In this document: positions 1 to 11,369 of the stretch, piece by piece | Position numbering within the stretch: position 1 is the stretch's first letter | Layout of the letters: every line of letters starts with the position of its first letter | Source: Cercozoa sp. M6MM | Taxonomy: Eukaryota > Protista > Endomyxa: Ascetosporea | NCBI GenBank assembly: GCA_040357565.1 | Contig: JBDODJ010000064.1 | Direction: 5' to 3' (one strand) | Length of the DNA stretch: 61,948 bases | The notes under the pieces: generated by a model | What the model was told of the DNA's origin: nothing | Database searches by the model: none | The model's input: only the letters and a program-made list of their open reading frames with translations | Made by a program: the position numbers and the translations under genes

Positions 1-1741
1 CGGTGTCGGCAGCGGACGCGTGCGAGTTCCAGCTGAGTGACGTGCTTCCATACGCGCGCGACGCTGCCTCTGTGGTGCTTTGCCCTCCCCCACCCTGCTT
101 TACCTCCCTTACCCCGCCTACCCTTAACCCCCCAGTGCGTGCGCGACGACTTCACACGTTGCTTTGCGCGGAATCGGAGTCGTCCGTGGAACTGGAACGT
201 TTACCTGCGTGTGGTGTGGTCGCTCGGCGTCGCATTTCGCTACGGCGTCGTTCTGCCGCTGCGTGTGCTTGTGTTCCTCACAGGCTGGTTCGCCTTCGCC
301 GTCGCTTTTGCCCTCGTCACACGCTTCGTAGCCTCTTGCTTTGGGACTGGGGTATGAGAGAAAGAGGGGGTAAGTTGGGGGGTAAACGCAGGTGAAGGAC
401 GAGCAGCGCCGAGCGCAGTTGGAGCGTCGTTTGATTTCTTTCGTATGTGGCGTCTGCGTGGCGTCGTGGACTGGTTTGCCCCCCCCCCCCCCCCCACCCC
501 CCCCGTTTACCCCCCCCCCCCCCCCAGGTGTGGTAAAGTACCACGGCGTGATCCCTCGTCGGCGGTCGCACCAGATCTACGTGGCCAACCACACGAGCAT
601 GATCGACATGATCATCCTGCAGCAGGCACACTCGTATGCCGTGGTGGGACAACAACACAAGGGCTGGGTCGGCTTCCTGCAGGGCACTGTCCTCCGGTGC
701 CTCGGCTGTATCTGGTTCCAGCGAGGTGAGCAACGCGACCGACGCCGTGCGGCCGCGCGGATCTCGCAGCACATCCGCGCGGACGGCAACAACCGACTAC
801 TGATCTTCCCGGAGGGCACGTGCGTCAACAATCACCATGTCGTTATGTTCAAACGCGGCGTCTTCGATCTGCCTGACGTCGAGATCTGCCCGATCGCTAT
901 CAAATACAATGTGCGTCCTTATCCCCTCTTTACCCCTCTTTACCCCTCTTTACCCCCCCCCCCCCCCCCCCCCCCGCGCAGGACGTGTTTGCTGACTGTT
1001 TCTGGTCGTCGCGCGATCGGAGTTTCCAGGGACACTTGTTCGACTTGGTAGTTTTACCCCCCCCCCCCCNNNNNNNNNNNNNNNNNNNNNNNNNNNNNNN
1101 NNNNNNNNNNNNNNNNNNNNNNNNNNNNNNNNNNNNNNNNNNNNNNNNNNNNNNNNNNNNNNNNNNNNNCCCCCCCCCCCCCCACTTTACCCTTTACCCC
1201 CCGCCCAACAGGCGAGAGTGCAAGCAATGATTGCGAAACGCGCCGGTGCCATTAACACGAGTTGGAACGGCTATCTGGTAGTTACATACACCCTTACCCC
1301 TACCCTTCCCTTTTACCTATCCTTCCTTTTACCTATCCTTTCCTTTTACCCCTGCCCTTCCCTTTATCCCTGCCCTTCCCTTTTATCCCTACCCTTCCCG
1401 TTTACCCTGGCCTCCCCTTTACCCTCCCTACATACGCTACCCTACCCTACCCCTTTTACCCCCCGGAGCAGAAGTACTTCCGGCCGAGTGCGCGCTTTGT
1501 GGAGCAGCGTCGCGCCGAGTTCGCGCGGGTGCTCAAGTCGCGTCGCGCGGCATTGCCGCACGGCGGCTCGGACGATGCCGAGGCCAAACAGAACAGTCCT
1601 CTTACTGCTGCTGTTGCTGCTGCTGCTGCTGCTGCAAAGTCGACGAGCGACGAGAATGCGCCGCTTGACAACACTAGCACTACCTGCAGTGACACAGGAA
1701 CAGGGACTGACGGCATGGGCAGCAACACGACTGCTGGTTAG
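1..1741 (+). CDS. ER glycerol-3-phosphate acyltransferase, GPAT3/GPAT4/plant GPAT9-like; 5'-partial, multi-exon, interrupted by an N gap
   Basis: Spliced translation has the acyltransferase motifs VANHTSMID and LLIFPEGTCVNN, then MFKRGVF, PIAIKYN, DCFWSSR and WNGYL-KYFRPS; also DDFTRCF and WNWNVYL near the N-terminus. GT-AG introns at 72-135, 328-391 and ~474-527; stop TAG 1739-1741. Confidence 0.93.
1070..1169. other. Assembly gap (100 N) flanked by poly-C; further gaps at 33561-33660 and 57242-57251
   Basis: Runs of N in the sequence, each bordered by a homopolymer or dinucleotide tract. Confidence 0.99.
1281..1463 (+). repeat. Degenerate C-rich (CCC(T)TTA / CCCTA)-type tandem repeat inside a GPAT intron
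   Basis: cccttacccctacccttcccttttacc...tttaccctgg...ctaccctaccctaccccttttacccc lies between a GT donor (~1278) and an AG acceptor (~1471). Confidence 0.85.
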
Positions 1742-2083
1742 TTTAATTTGGGTTTCTTCTCGCCTTTGCAAATTCAGTTAACCGCTACCTGGACGGAAGG
1801 TCAATATTCGATGAAAGAACGGAAATCGACGCGAGTGTACTTACCTACGTTCTCGGACTGGATACCCTGCCGACCGGACCGGACACCTTTTTCGTCTCCC
1901 TAATGCGGTTGAGATGCATAATCCTTTCCAGATCCCTGGTGAGGGAATTGCAGTCAGCGTTTCTCTCACCCTTTGAAGCGAAATGCCTGGCGTCAAAGTT
2001 TAGATTAAAGTGCCTTGCAGCCAATTCTGTAACGCCCGAAGCGCAAGCCAGGGCCAGAGAGCGGCACAAGCCCCAGAAATTAC

Positions 2084-3231
2084 ATGCCAGGCAAGTTGAA
2101 AAAGTCGAAGAAGAAGGGTGCCAAGAAGAAGGGCAAAAAGGCTGCCAAGCTGCCCACCGACGAGCCTCTAACAGCTGCACAGGAGAACCTTTTGCTGAAA
2201 GCTCAAATACAATCGCTAAAGCAACAGGTACAAGCTCTGCACGAGCTGCAGCAACGTTCTGAAGCGGTGGTGAGAAAGTATCGTGCGCGCATGATTGAGG
2301 TAGAAATAGATATGGATTCCTTAAAACTCTTTTAAATCGTCGTGACGTTAAGTTGTTTTGTCCAGCTCGACGAGTTGGTGCTGGAGGAACGAGCTCGTGC
2401 TGTTGACGTGACAGCAGACCTCAATCGGCAGATCGACATTGTACGAGAAACGATGCGCGACCAACTCGACAGTTCGCGCGACGAACTCACGTCGTTGCAC
2501 AATGAAATGCGTACAGTAGAATATAAAACTTTACTTTTCTCTCAACTTTTGGCATTCACCAAGCGTCTGATTGAGCAGAGAGCAAATGCGCCGCAAAGGA
2601 CGAAATCATCACCGACCAACAGCGCATGATTCAGCAGCGCGACGCGCAGATCCGCGAGTGGAGAATCAAGTTTGCCGACGCAACACGGGAGTTTGAAACA
2701 ATGCTGCAGGCCACGCTCGCGAAAATGTCCGAAAGGATCGAGGTCGATGTTGTCGATCCCGAAGTTGCCGAGTACCATTGCCTTTCAGTATCTTTTCTTG
2801 ACTATCACTTCGGACTGGTACTTGCAGACTGACCGGACGCGCTTCGGCACGCTATTCTTTGATCTCTGCAGCGAAAGCGAGAGAAGAAGGCTTGAATTCA
2901 AGTTTAGACGTGAGTCAAAAACGTTTGAAACCTCCGAGTCTTTGTTACTTGTGCGTGTGTGCCACAGCGACGCAAATCGAAAAGTGCGCGTCGCTTGCGC
3001 GAGTCATCACTCATGGCGCAAACGTCGGTGCCGGTCATTTCTATGGCAAGAGGCGGCACCAGCGAATCACAGTCTGCGGCAACAGACGCCGGTACTTCCA
3101 GTTCTGCAACAATTGATCCAACTGCACACTTAATGTTCTCGATAGAATTAGAGATCTCCAGCCAAAGCGCGCGCGAAGCTGATGAGGTTGCGTCGCTGTC
3201 GAGTAGTCGACTTTCCTACGATGCGCCGTAG
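2084..3231 (+). CDS. CCDC153: Coiled-coil flagellar protein, CCDC153/DRC12-like (dynein regulatory complex), with low-complexity C-terminal extension
   Basis: Lys-rich N-terminus MPGKLKKSKKKGAKKKGKK, coiled coil ...DVTADLNRQ...QQRDAQIREWRIKFADATREFETMLQATLAKMSERI follows the CCDC153 pattern; about 5 GT-AG introns; stop TAG at 3231. Confidence 0.72.
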
Positions 3232-3689
3232 ATGGCACATATTTTATCGCAGCTTCCTTCCATTAAACGCAAATTTAAGCCACTAAACCCTAATATACGT
3301 TAAAATAGCACACGGATGCACACGTGCATTAGCGCCTGTAGAATATCGAAAGGTGCCAGCGGAGCGCCGGCCCCAGGTACGGCAACAAAGAAACAAAAAC
3401 CAGTTCACAATAAATTCCGCATTTGTCGCTTCTAGACGTCAAGTGTCCTTCGGTACCCAGGCTTATACTTGTGTGATTTCTGTGCGCGTGCTGTTTTCCC
3501 GAAGCATTTTTTGCGGCTTGGTGCGCACCGGCTGGACCCGGTCAGCGCATGCCCACACATGTGTTTTCGTGTGTGTTTTCGTGTGGGAGTGCGTTTGTGC
3601 CAAGCACGGTGCTGGTTTTGTGTGTGCTGTGTTTTTGTTGGATGTTGTTACACTGGGCGTTTTTGCAGGGTTAAAGAACAAGAACTAAA

Positions 3690-4072
3690 ATGCGTTTCGT
3701 TGCTGCCTACCTGCTCCTGACGCTCGCCGGCAAGAAGGCCGACGCCGAGTCGATCAAGGCCCTGTTCGAGAAGACGGGCGTCTCTGTCGATGAGGAGAAG
3801 CTCAACAAGCTCGTCGCCGAGCTCGAGGGCAAGGACCTCGACGCTCTGGTCGCTGAGGGTCTCGAGAAGGTCGGCACCGTCGCCGTCGCCGCTGGTGGCG
3901 CTTCGGCTGGTGCCGCTGCCGGTGGTGCCGCTGAGGAGGTATTTCCCTGATCTTGTAAACTTGCTCGTGGTGTACGTTGTGATGATCGTGTTTGCGCCAG
4001 GCCGTCGCCGAGGAGGAGGAAGAAGAGGAGGAGGAGTCCGAGGAGGAGATGGGCTTCGGCGGTCTTTTCTAA
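3690..4072 (+). CDS. RPLP2: 60S acidic ribosomal protein P2
   Basis: MRFVAAYLLLTLAG...ELEGKDLDALVAEGLEKV, Ala/Gly hinge, intron 3939-4000, then AVAEEEEEEEEESEEEMGFGGLF* (TAA 4070-4072). Probable 5'-UTR intron ending ttttgcag at 3668. Confidence 0.97.
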
Positions 4073-4221
4073 GTCGCTCCGAGTCTACGCAGAACTTGTT
4101 CACCCTAAACGAACTGCTCTCTAGTTCAACGCCACCCTTCAGTTAGTCTAGCAGGTTCTGGTGGCAAATTCTTGGTCGGGCTTCCTGGTCTCAAGATATC
4201 GGAGACCCAGCCAGCTGGACG

Positions 4222-4497
4222 TTAAGATGCTGTCTAGTTGCAGGCCCTTCGTCCGTGCTACGCGCCGAAGCAGTTACACACAGCACTGTTGCAATCATTC
4301 GATCGACCTTCTGCACTCCGAACATTGAGATGAATCACTCGAAGCAAACTTAGTCAGTTTACTTTGAAAATCTTAACGAGTCGACCTGGAACTAGACAGC
4401 ATCTTAAATTGACTTCAGACAGCAAACTTAGTCAGTTTACTTTGAAAATCTTAAATTGACTTCAGGATTCGAAACGAGACACCGAGTCGACCTGGAA
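4222..4497. repeat. Mosaic of short direct and inverted duplications downstream of RPLP2
   Basis: 34-nt direct repeat 4343-4376/4421-4454; 18-nt direct repeat 4401-4418/4448-4465; 15-nt direct repeat 4377-4391/4483-4497; perfect 18-nt inverted repeat 4222-4239/4390-4407. Confidence 0.9.
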
Positions 4498-5375
4498 GTT
4501 GCAGCCACCGCTGCCACCCACGTACATGCAATAAACAGTACGACAACGAGGCTAAAGCGACAGCATTTGAGTTTGAAGTGAAAAGAGCAGCCACGCAAAG
4601 GGTGACGGTCATGTCATGTCTTTCGGCTGGCGTGCCAATGCTCTTTCAATTTCTTCGTACTGTCAGCTCTTGCACTTTGAACCGCGAGCCAGGCAAGCCA
4701 CCCGCATCTACAAGCGACGAATGAGTCGCCGCACGTCATCGATCGATCCGTTCCCGGTCGGTATGACAGATATTACTCTAATTCACGGCAAGCGTTTACA
4801 ATAGTTCGTTTAATCTCCTAAGAAATCTACCATGTGGTTTTCCGCCTGCACCAACCATGAAGTCGACTTCGTTGTCTGGGGAACGTCAGAAGGGGAGTTG
4901 TATGGCCCTATGTTATATATATGAGAGCAGAAGAAAGTGCGCTTGGAAGAGATCGACACGGCCATTGCTGAGCTGACGAAAACTGTGGCCGGCAACGACA
5001 GGGGCATCCTCGCGCAAACTGAAACTCGTGCTGTATTGACAGGATGTGCCGGACCTGGTGGACTTGCCAGGCATCACTCCTACGCTACCGTATGCGGGCG
5101 CAACGTAGACATGACCATGGACTTGTGACCCACCCGGACTGGTGCAGGGGAACAACTTAGCTTAGTTGTTTCAGATACGATAAGGCGAAGACTCAACAAA
5201 CAAACCGAACTAAACTCTCTCTGTGTCAAGTTGAGCGCTTGAGGCGGCCGTGTTGATACCAGTTGCAGTGAACTCACTGAGCGTATTGTTGTCACTGTAG
5301 CCGTTAACATCGGTGCGACTGCCAAGAGTGCGATTGATAGACTCGTGCATCGGCAGTGGCGATTCATCGAACGAC

Positions 5376-8300
5376 TCAGTTTCCGACTTTGCACGGACAA
5401 GCGACCGGCTAACTCAAGAGAAGACAAAATAAATGATGAAGCTACCTTAAACAACGGTAGGTAGTCTTCATCCCGGAATGGCACCAAACGAGCGTCGCAC
5501 GACAGCGAACGTCGCTGCCTTCGCGTATCCGCCTGCAGACAAAGACATGCATGCGATTTATCCGTCTAAATGTGACGTACCGAGGAGACACGCCGCTTCG
5601 CGTTACGACGACGCGTGAGTCGCTGCCACCGCGAGCTTTTCTGCACAACAACATCACTGCCTCTTCCAATGCCCTCTTAAGAAAGAAGCGAGAGAAAGTA
5701 CCTCCTCGCTGGGACCAGGCGACGCAACCGGCGTGTTCAAGCTCACTCCGCGGAAACACGGATCGTCGGCTTCTATGTACCATACAACCTTACAAACGTA
5801 CTTTCACACACACCAAAAGCACACAAAATCAGAGTGAACTACCGAGACCAAACAAGCAGCGCGCATGCATGAGGAAACACACGGGTGCCACCACCTCCAA
5901 AAAACGTCGCAGTGTCTGTGCCTCTTCCTGAACATGATGCGTCACCACTACCCTGACATAACATGTCTATCATATGTCTAAAAACTGAAACATACCAAGT
6001 TGGCGATGGCAGTACACCGGTGCGTCGCATCGCTCAGTGCTCGCCAGTATCGTCTCTGTACACAAAAGCAAGAAACTAAAAATCAAAAGAGAAAAACCAA
6101 AGCAGGTACTGCATCGCACGGCGACGGCGACGTCACACGATGCAACGGTGCCACCACATCGCCTAATAAATCAAACAAACTGCATACGCAATAACAAAAG
6201 AAGAACAGGCAACAGTAGAAACCGTAAAGTCGCAAGAAAAGTCGTTTTCGCTGCTTTCGCGTTTTCGCACTTGCCGTTGCAAACTGTAAAACCAGTTTAA
6301 ACTCTTCAACTTTAATTTGTGGAAAGCGACACGAGAACAGAGAAAAAAGTACATCCAGGTCTGCGGCGATCGTAAACAGTGTACGCAGTGTGTGCGGCAC
6401 TCGATGCGCCTGTTCGGGACAGAGAATGCCAAAAAAATTTACGAGTCTAAAACGGGAGATTTACGAGGCGGTGTCGCCGCTGACGCTCAGTCGGTGGTCG
6501 GACGACGTTTGCTACCACGTGCAAGTGGCCTTCCTGCAATCAAATTAGTTGAACACACAGGCTACGAGCATAACTATAAAACTACCTCGTCATCTTCTTC
6601 AGTTTCCTCTTCTTCGTCATCCTCATCTGAAGCAACAACACAACTCAAGTGCAACCTCAGTCAACAACGGCAGAAAAACTCTGCGAACCAATGCAAACGG
6701 CAGTTCGAACATGCCGAATGAAGTGTGCCATGAGTGCTTTGTTCTGTAGCAGTTTGCGGTCCATGTTTCTTAAGCTACGAGACCACAAACACGTTTGTTC
6801 GACCGATCAATCTGCAAAGCAAGTTAAATTACGAAAGCTGCGACACAAAAAGCGACATGAGGTTGGCATCGAGTTCGTTAGGCGCTACCGGTGAAGTCCA
6901 TCCCTGGTCAAACAAAAGCAAACACCATTTATTCTTATTCTGCAAAAGCACCAACGTTGTCGATCAAAAGGTGGTTCACCTCACGCAACAGACGCGCTAT
7001 GGCGAGACAATCGCTGAATCGCAGAGCCGACGCCAAACGACGTTGTTGCAGCGCCGGCCGATGCGCCGTCGAGTTGCCTATACAGTGTATCCATTCAATA
7101 CATTTCAACTGGCTTATAGTATTTGTATTGACCGAAAGATACCAAAATGCAGGCGATAGCGACACAAGAACATGGCCAAAGCGTAAGCGATTGCGTCGTG
7201 CCGTCTAAGGAGGTACCACTCACGCAGCAACACCTCATGAGGCAGTCGATTGACTCGTGGCAAAGTCTCGAGCGGAATCTCGACTCGATCCTGCAAAAAA
7301 GTTCGATTGAGTCAAAGAAAGACAACTAAAGTTCCACGCCACCTCAGCGAACGATGCTCGTCGGCGCAGTAGACCAAAAGGACGGCGCCACACCGATACT
7401 TCTCTTCCTGTCACGAACTTGGTCGTACATTGTTATTTTTTGTCCTTTCTACCGAGCACTAACTATTGATACCGATCGCGCGTTGAGATTGCCTGTCAGT
7501 GCCGATGCACGCCATCATCAAGGTTTGTAAGTTTCGCAACTGTCTCTGCTCAGCTAATTGCGTAAACTAGCAAGCGAGAAGTCAATTCGGGCATACCTGT
7601 GCTGTCACGAGACTAATGCCGTGCTGCTGGGCGCACTTTTGCACCATCTGTTTGAAAAACAATAAAAGAAAAAACTGAACTGAACTTATTAAACTACCTC
7701 CAGACACCGATTCGCCTTTTTTCGTTTTCTCACGTTCTCACCTACACATATCGATAGAACGAAACGGATCAAAGCGAAAAAACCGAAAAAGAAGTACCGA
7801 GAAGCACGCGCAAAAGTCGCCCATCAACAGCGAAATATGCTGCGACTTGGGCTGCATACTGCGCCGCCGGTACTGGATGCTCGAGCCTCTGTGCTTACAC
7901 TGATAAAAAGCAAGACTAGCACGCTTAAAGAGCGTGTCGTACAGAAAGAATCGACGGGTGTCGAAATGCGTGCTGCATGGCTTCACATGCTTGAAAAGTA
8001 GTTTCGATCTCGCGCGAGATGGCTGTGAAACACAGAAAAAATCGATTTAAAGTGACGACAAACTAAACAAAACCAAATTACCACTTTCGAGTCGTTCTCG
8101 AGCCTTTGCCGCGTCTTGTTCACTAAAACGCACTTCAAGTATTCCGATGGATACGTAGTGTAAAGCAAGTTTACGTGACATTGGAGTTCTCATGCACGGC
8201 GACAGAGCGTTCGTGGCGTGCCATATAGCTCCCATCCAAATGCAACTCGCTCAACGTGCGAACGTGGTGAGTAGACGCACCTCCTTCCACCTGCATTGGC

Positions 8301-8554
8301 GCATATTATCTCGATGCACCACGAGAACAACCGCATGAAATGAAATACACGGTATTGCTGTCGAAGCTGCTGCCGTAAGTCCTCGTTCACGAGTGCCTCC
8401 TCCAACGTCAGCCCTTGCCTGTGAATCCAACGTCGGACAAAAATAGAATGACATCAACAGGGTCCTACCGCCAGGAAGCTGCACAGGCATTATTCAAAAC
8501 CAGCGGGTCTATGACACTCGATGCGAACACGATGCAGGAGTCTAATGAGGGCAT
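5376..8554 (-). CDS. FIBP: Divergent FIBP-like protein (acidic FGF intracellular-binding protein family), about 20 exons; 3' end uncertain
   Basis: Spliced exons align by eye, in order, with human FIBP: ASWRQGLTLEEAL (LWLDGYSVTDAV), YFAVDGRLLRVLLG (YYAFDEAFVREVLG), HGISLVTAQRQLRNL (TGITLKSCRRQFDNF), WYLLRRHDAIAYALAMFLCRYRL ([23 protein letters not shown]), LRFSDCLAIARLLREGWT (LSFGDFAFCAELMIQNWT). Confidence 0.7.
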
Positions 8555-8781
8555 CTCCACCAGATTATATCGTGTTAGCACACCCAGGCAACCGTTGACC
8601 GGCTAAAATCCTCGTCTTCTTGAGCACTTGAAATCAATTCAACCGGCGTTCCGAATATTTAATAATAATATATTATTATTTATTCACGATCAGATTTTTG
8701 CGCTGTTTCGGGGCGGGGTTCTTGCGTTGAAAATTTCGTTTGTAGTATTAATTCTTGTGACATTTCGCCTGGACGACTTAG

Positions 8782-11069
8782 TTAACCAAAAGAAAAGAAG
8801 GTGCGACCGCCGCCGCCGTGCTGTCGCGTGAAACGGAAGCCTTGGAAAGGGTGTCCACCGTGGCCTGCCTGCTGCTGCTGCTGGAACGGGTCGCGTCCCG
8901 AGTCGTACAACGCACGCATCTCTTCGTTCGTCAGCTACAAGGAGGAAATGCGACCCAGAACACTTGACAAAGGCAAAGAAGCAAGGTACAACATCGTGCG
9001 CCTCGGTGATGTCCTGGAAGACACGTTTGGCAGTCTCCAGTGCCTCTGCATAGCACAAGGAAAACAAATACCAAGACTGATGCGATTTAAAAGCACGAAG
9101 ATACCATCAGCAGAGTCAAAGTAGACTGTGACGACATCGTCGTTAGACAAAAAGGCGCCCACACGGTCCGGGTGCAATCGGCGTGCCTGCTTTCGAAAAG
9201 CCTTCTTCACTTCCTTTTCCGTAGCCTAACATATACGATACGGTGGCTTCCAAACACGCATATGCGCACAGCGAAAGATACACGTTGTTGTAGTCCGAGT
9301 AGTTTGTAGTAGTCCTTTCGCGAAGCACGGTTCAACTGCTGCTCGACTTGACTGGCGAACTACCCCAAACACTATACATGGAGGGGAGAAAAAGAATCCC
9401 AATACCTGACGGAAGGAAGCATCGAGATCGGCGGCTTTTTTGGCGTCGGAGACAGCAGATTCGAGCAGGTCTAGACGCGTGTTGCCAGTCGCGAACTGCC
9501 GCAATTCGGCCAATACTGCGCCAGCTTTGTCTTGGCCAAGTTCAGTGCTTTTTTCGTCGCCCGTTTTGCTTTCTTTTTTGTCGCTGTTGTAAAGGTGCAG
9601 CGACGCACGTGCCCGAGTACGCAGAGCACGTGCACGAGTGCTATCATCAGTCGCGATGGAACCGTCGCACAGTGATTGACACACTTCGGTAGCACGCACC
9701 AGAGGCACGTGCTCACAGGCCTCCAACGCAGCTTCGCCCAGCAAGTGCTGCGAGGCATCGACGACACCTCGCAGTGTTTCTTCTGCTTCCTCCTGCAACG
9801 AAACAAATAAACAAAGATTAATCACAAAGAGTGAAAAGCTACGTATTGTCCATTTTGTCGCTGTTTTCGGTACTTTTTGAGTTGCTTGTGCAGCACCATT
9901 AGTGCTTTGTGCGATCTACACGATACAGAGTACATGCTGTACCTACGTTTGTACAGAAAGTAGCATACGGGTCACTTCGAAGACCTTCTCGCAGGTACTT
10001 TGCGGCTGCCTCGCTGCAAAACAACACACGTGCAGACACAAGGGAGTGCGAATGTACTATGGTACAGGTTGGAATCTCTTGCGAGTGCAACACGCGCTCG
10101 CAATAGCAAAGCCTGCGTTTGACGCATCATTCTCTTTACCTTCAAAATAAAGAGTTAAAGTGGGTACATCTGAATCGAGTGCTTTCTGTCTCAACAGAAG
10201 GTTCACGTCTAACAACGCTTCGTCGAGAGCCTGTTATAGACCAGAAAGCATGCCAAAACTACCAGCACAAGCTCAAAGCAGAAACTAACAGAAACTACCA
10301 GATTGCTAAGATGACAAGTTGCACGTTGGATCAGGAATTTCCGGTTGTAAGGCGCCAGTGTGAGAAAGGCATTCCGTGCTGCAGTGGTAGACACTTCGCA
10401 AGGGTCGCTATCCCGGCGTTTCTCCAATGCGGTTAAAGCACGTTTGCACTCGTCAGCGCGAACACGTGAGCTCTCATCAGTCGCGACATTGAGAGCTGCA
10501 TCACACTCGCCAAGTTTGATTAAGGTTTTGGCGCGGAACTTTTGGATTTTCGCACGCGCATTGTCGTCTTTCGCGTGTTGCAAAGCCTACAGAATTGAAT
10601 CTACTTTTTCTTGAAGCTGTGGTTCGACATATTTTGTCGCCAGCCTCGCGATCACAAAGGAAGAGTACCTCATTGAGATCAGCGAGGGCTTTTTGAACTT
10701 GTTTCTGCACGGTGAGTGCTTGTGCTCTTTTGTAAAGCAGAGCCTGCACACACCGATGCATGAACAAACAAAGTCGAAACTAATCCAGTTTCAAAAAAGC
10801 TTACATCGCGACGTGCCGACAGATTCACTGCATTCTCTCGACCGAGTTCTTTCAGTGCTTCTGTAAGCTTCTTGATGGCTGAAAAATAGTGCAAATACCA
10901 ACGACTAAATACACAAGCGAAGCCAAGGAAAGGTACCGATTTTATAATCGCCGAGTTTAAACGCGTTTTTTGCTTCCTCGCTCAGCAAGTCCGCGCTCTT
11001 GGCTTGCGCCCAGCAAAGCATTAGCGCGTGCACGCCGAGAAGTACGCGAAGTAGCATGAGAAGCCTCAT
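8782..11069 (-). CDS. DNAJC3: ER-lumenal TPR + J-domain co-chaperone, DNAJC3/P58IPK-like
   Basis: Signal peptide MRLLMLLRVLLGVHALMLCWAQA; TPR-like helices (ALLYKRAQAL...KALADLNE; YLREGLRSDP); J domain KDYYKLLGL...EVKKAFRKQARRLHPDR...FQDITEAHDV-LTNEEMRALYDSGRDP; tail GGHPFQGFRF...FFSFG*. Confidence 0.88.
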
Positions 11070-11369
11070 GCTTTCGCCCACGCCAGAGAAATTCCCAGAC
11101 AAAAGAGACTAGCCGCAGGAAGAATAACGCGAACAGGACGTTGCGGCACCTTGCCTACAATGCCTTCACGCGCTGGCTGTGTCTCACTCTCTGTTTTGTG
11201 GCACAGATCGCTGAGTGAAAAGCGAAAAATGGAAAAAGGCTTCGTGTGCCGCCGATTCCATATTTTTTCGGTAAACGTCTTTTTTTGGAGAGAGTTTCTT
11301 GCGCGATAGAATAGATCCGTTGCTGCTACGTGCTTTTTACACATCTAAAGTGCATCTCGTACTGCTAAA

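Noticed and set aside
1753-1915. U2-like 5' end (cttctcgcctttg) and TPP-riboswitch-like ataccct...taatgc
   Set aside because: No GUGUAGUA branch-pairing sequence; no CUGAGA or closing GCGNAGGGA.
3470-3562. Hairpin followed by ACA in the RPLP2 5' intron (H/ACA snoRNA?)
   Set aside because: No H box (ANANNA) and no convincing pseudouridylation pockets.
4343-4454. 34-nt direct repeats with a 44-nt spacer, superficially CRISPR-like
   Set aside because: Only two copies, the spacer is itself copied from neighbouring sequence, eukaryotic context, no cas genes.
4550-5250. Possible small + strand spliced gene (KKVRLEEIDTAIAELTKT...)
   Set aside because: Could not build a consistent reading frame or recognise a family; left unannotated.
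8047-8290. In-frame TGA giving R-U-A-S-C (apparent UxxC selenoprotein motif) on the minus strand
   Set aside because: A different frame with ordinary GT-AG introns (e.g. gtaaac...ttttag) reads through without stops and stays colinear with FIBP; no recoding is needed.
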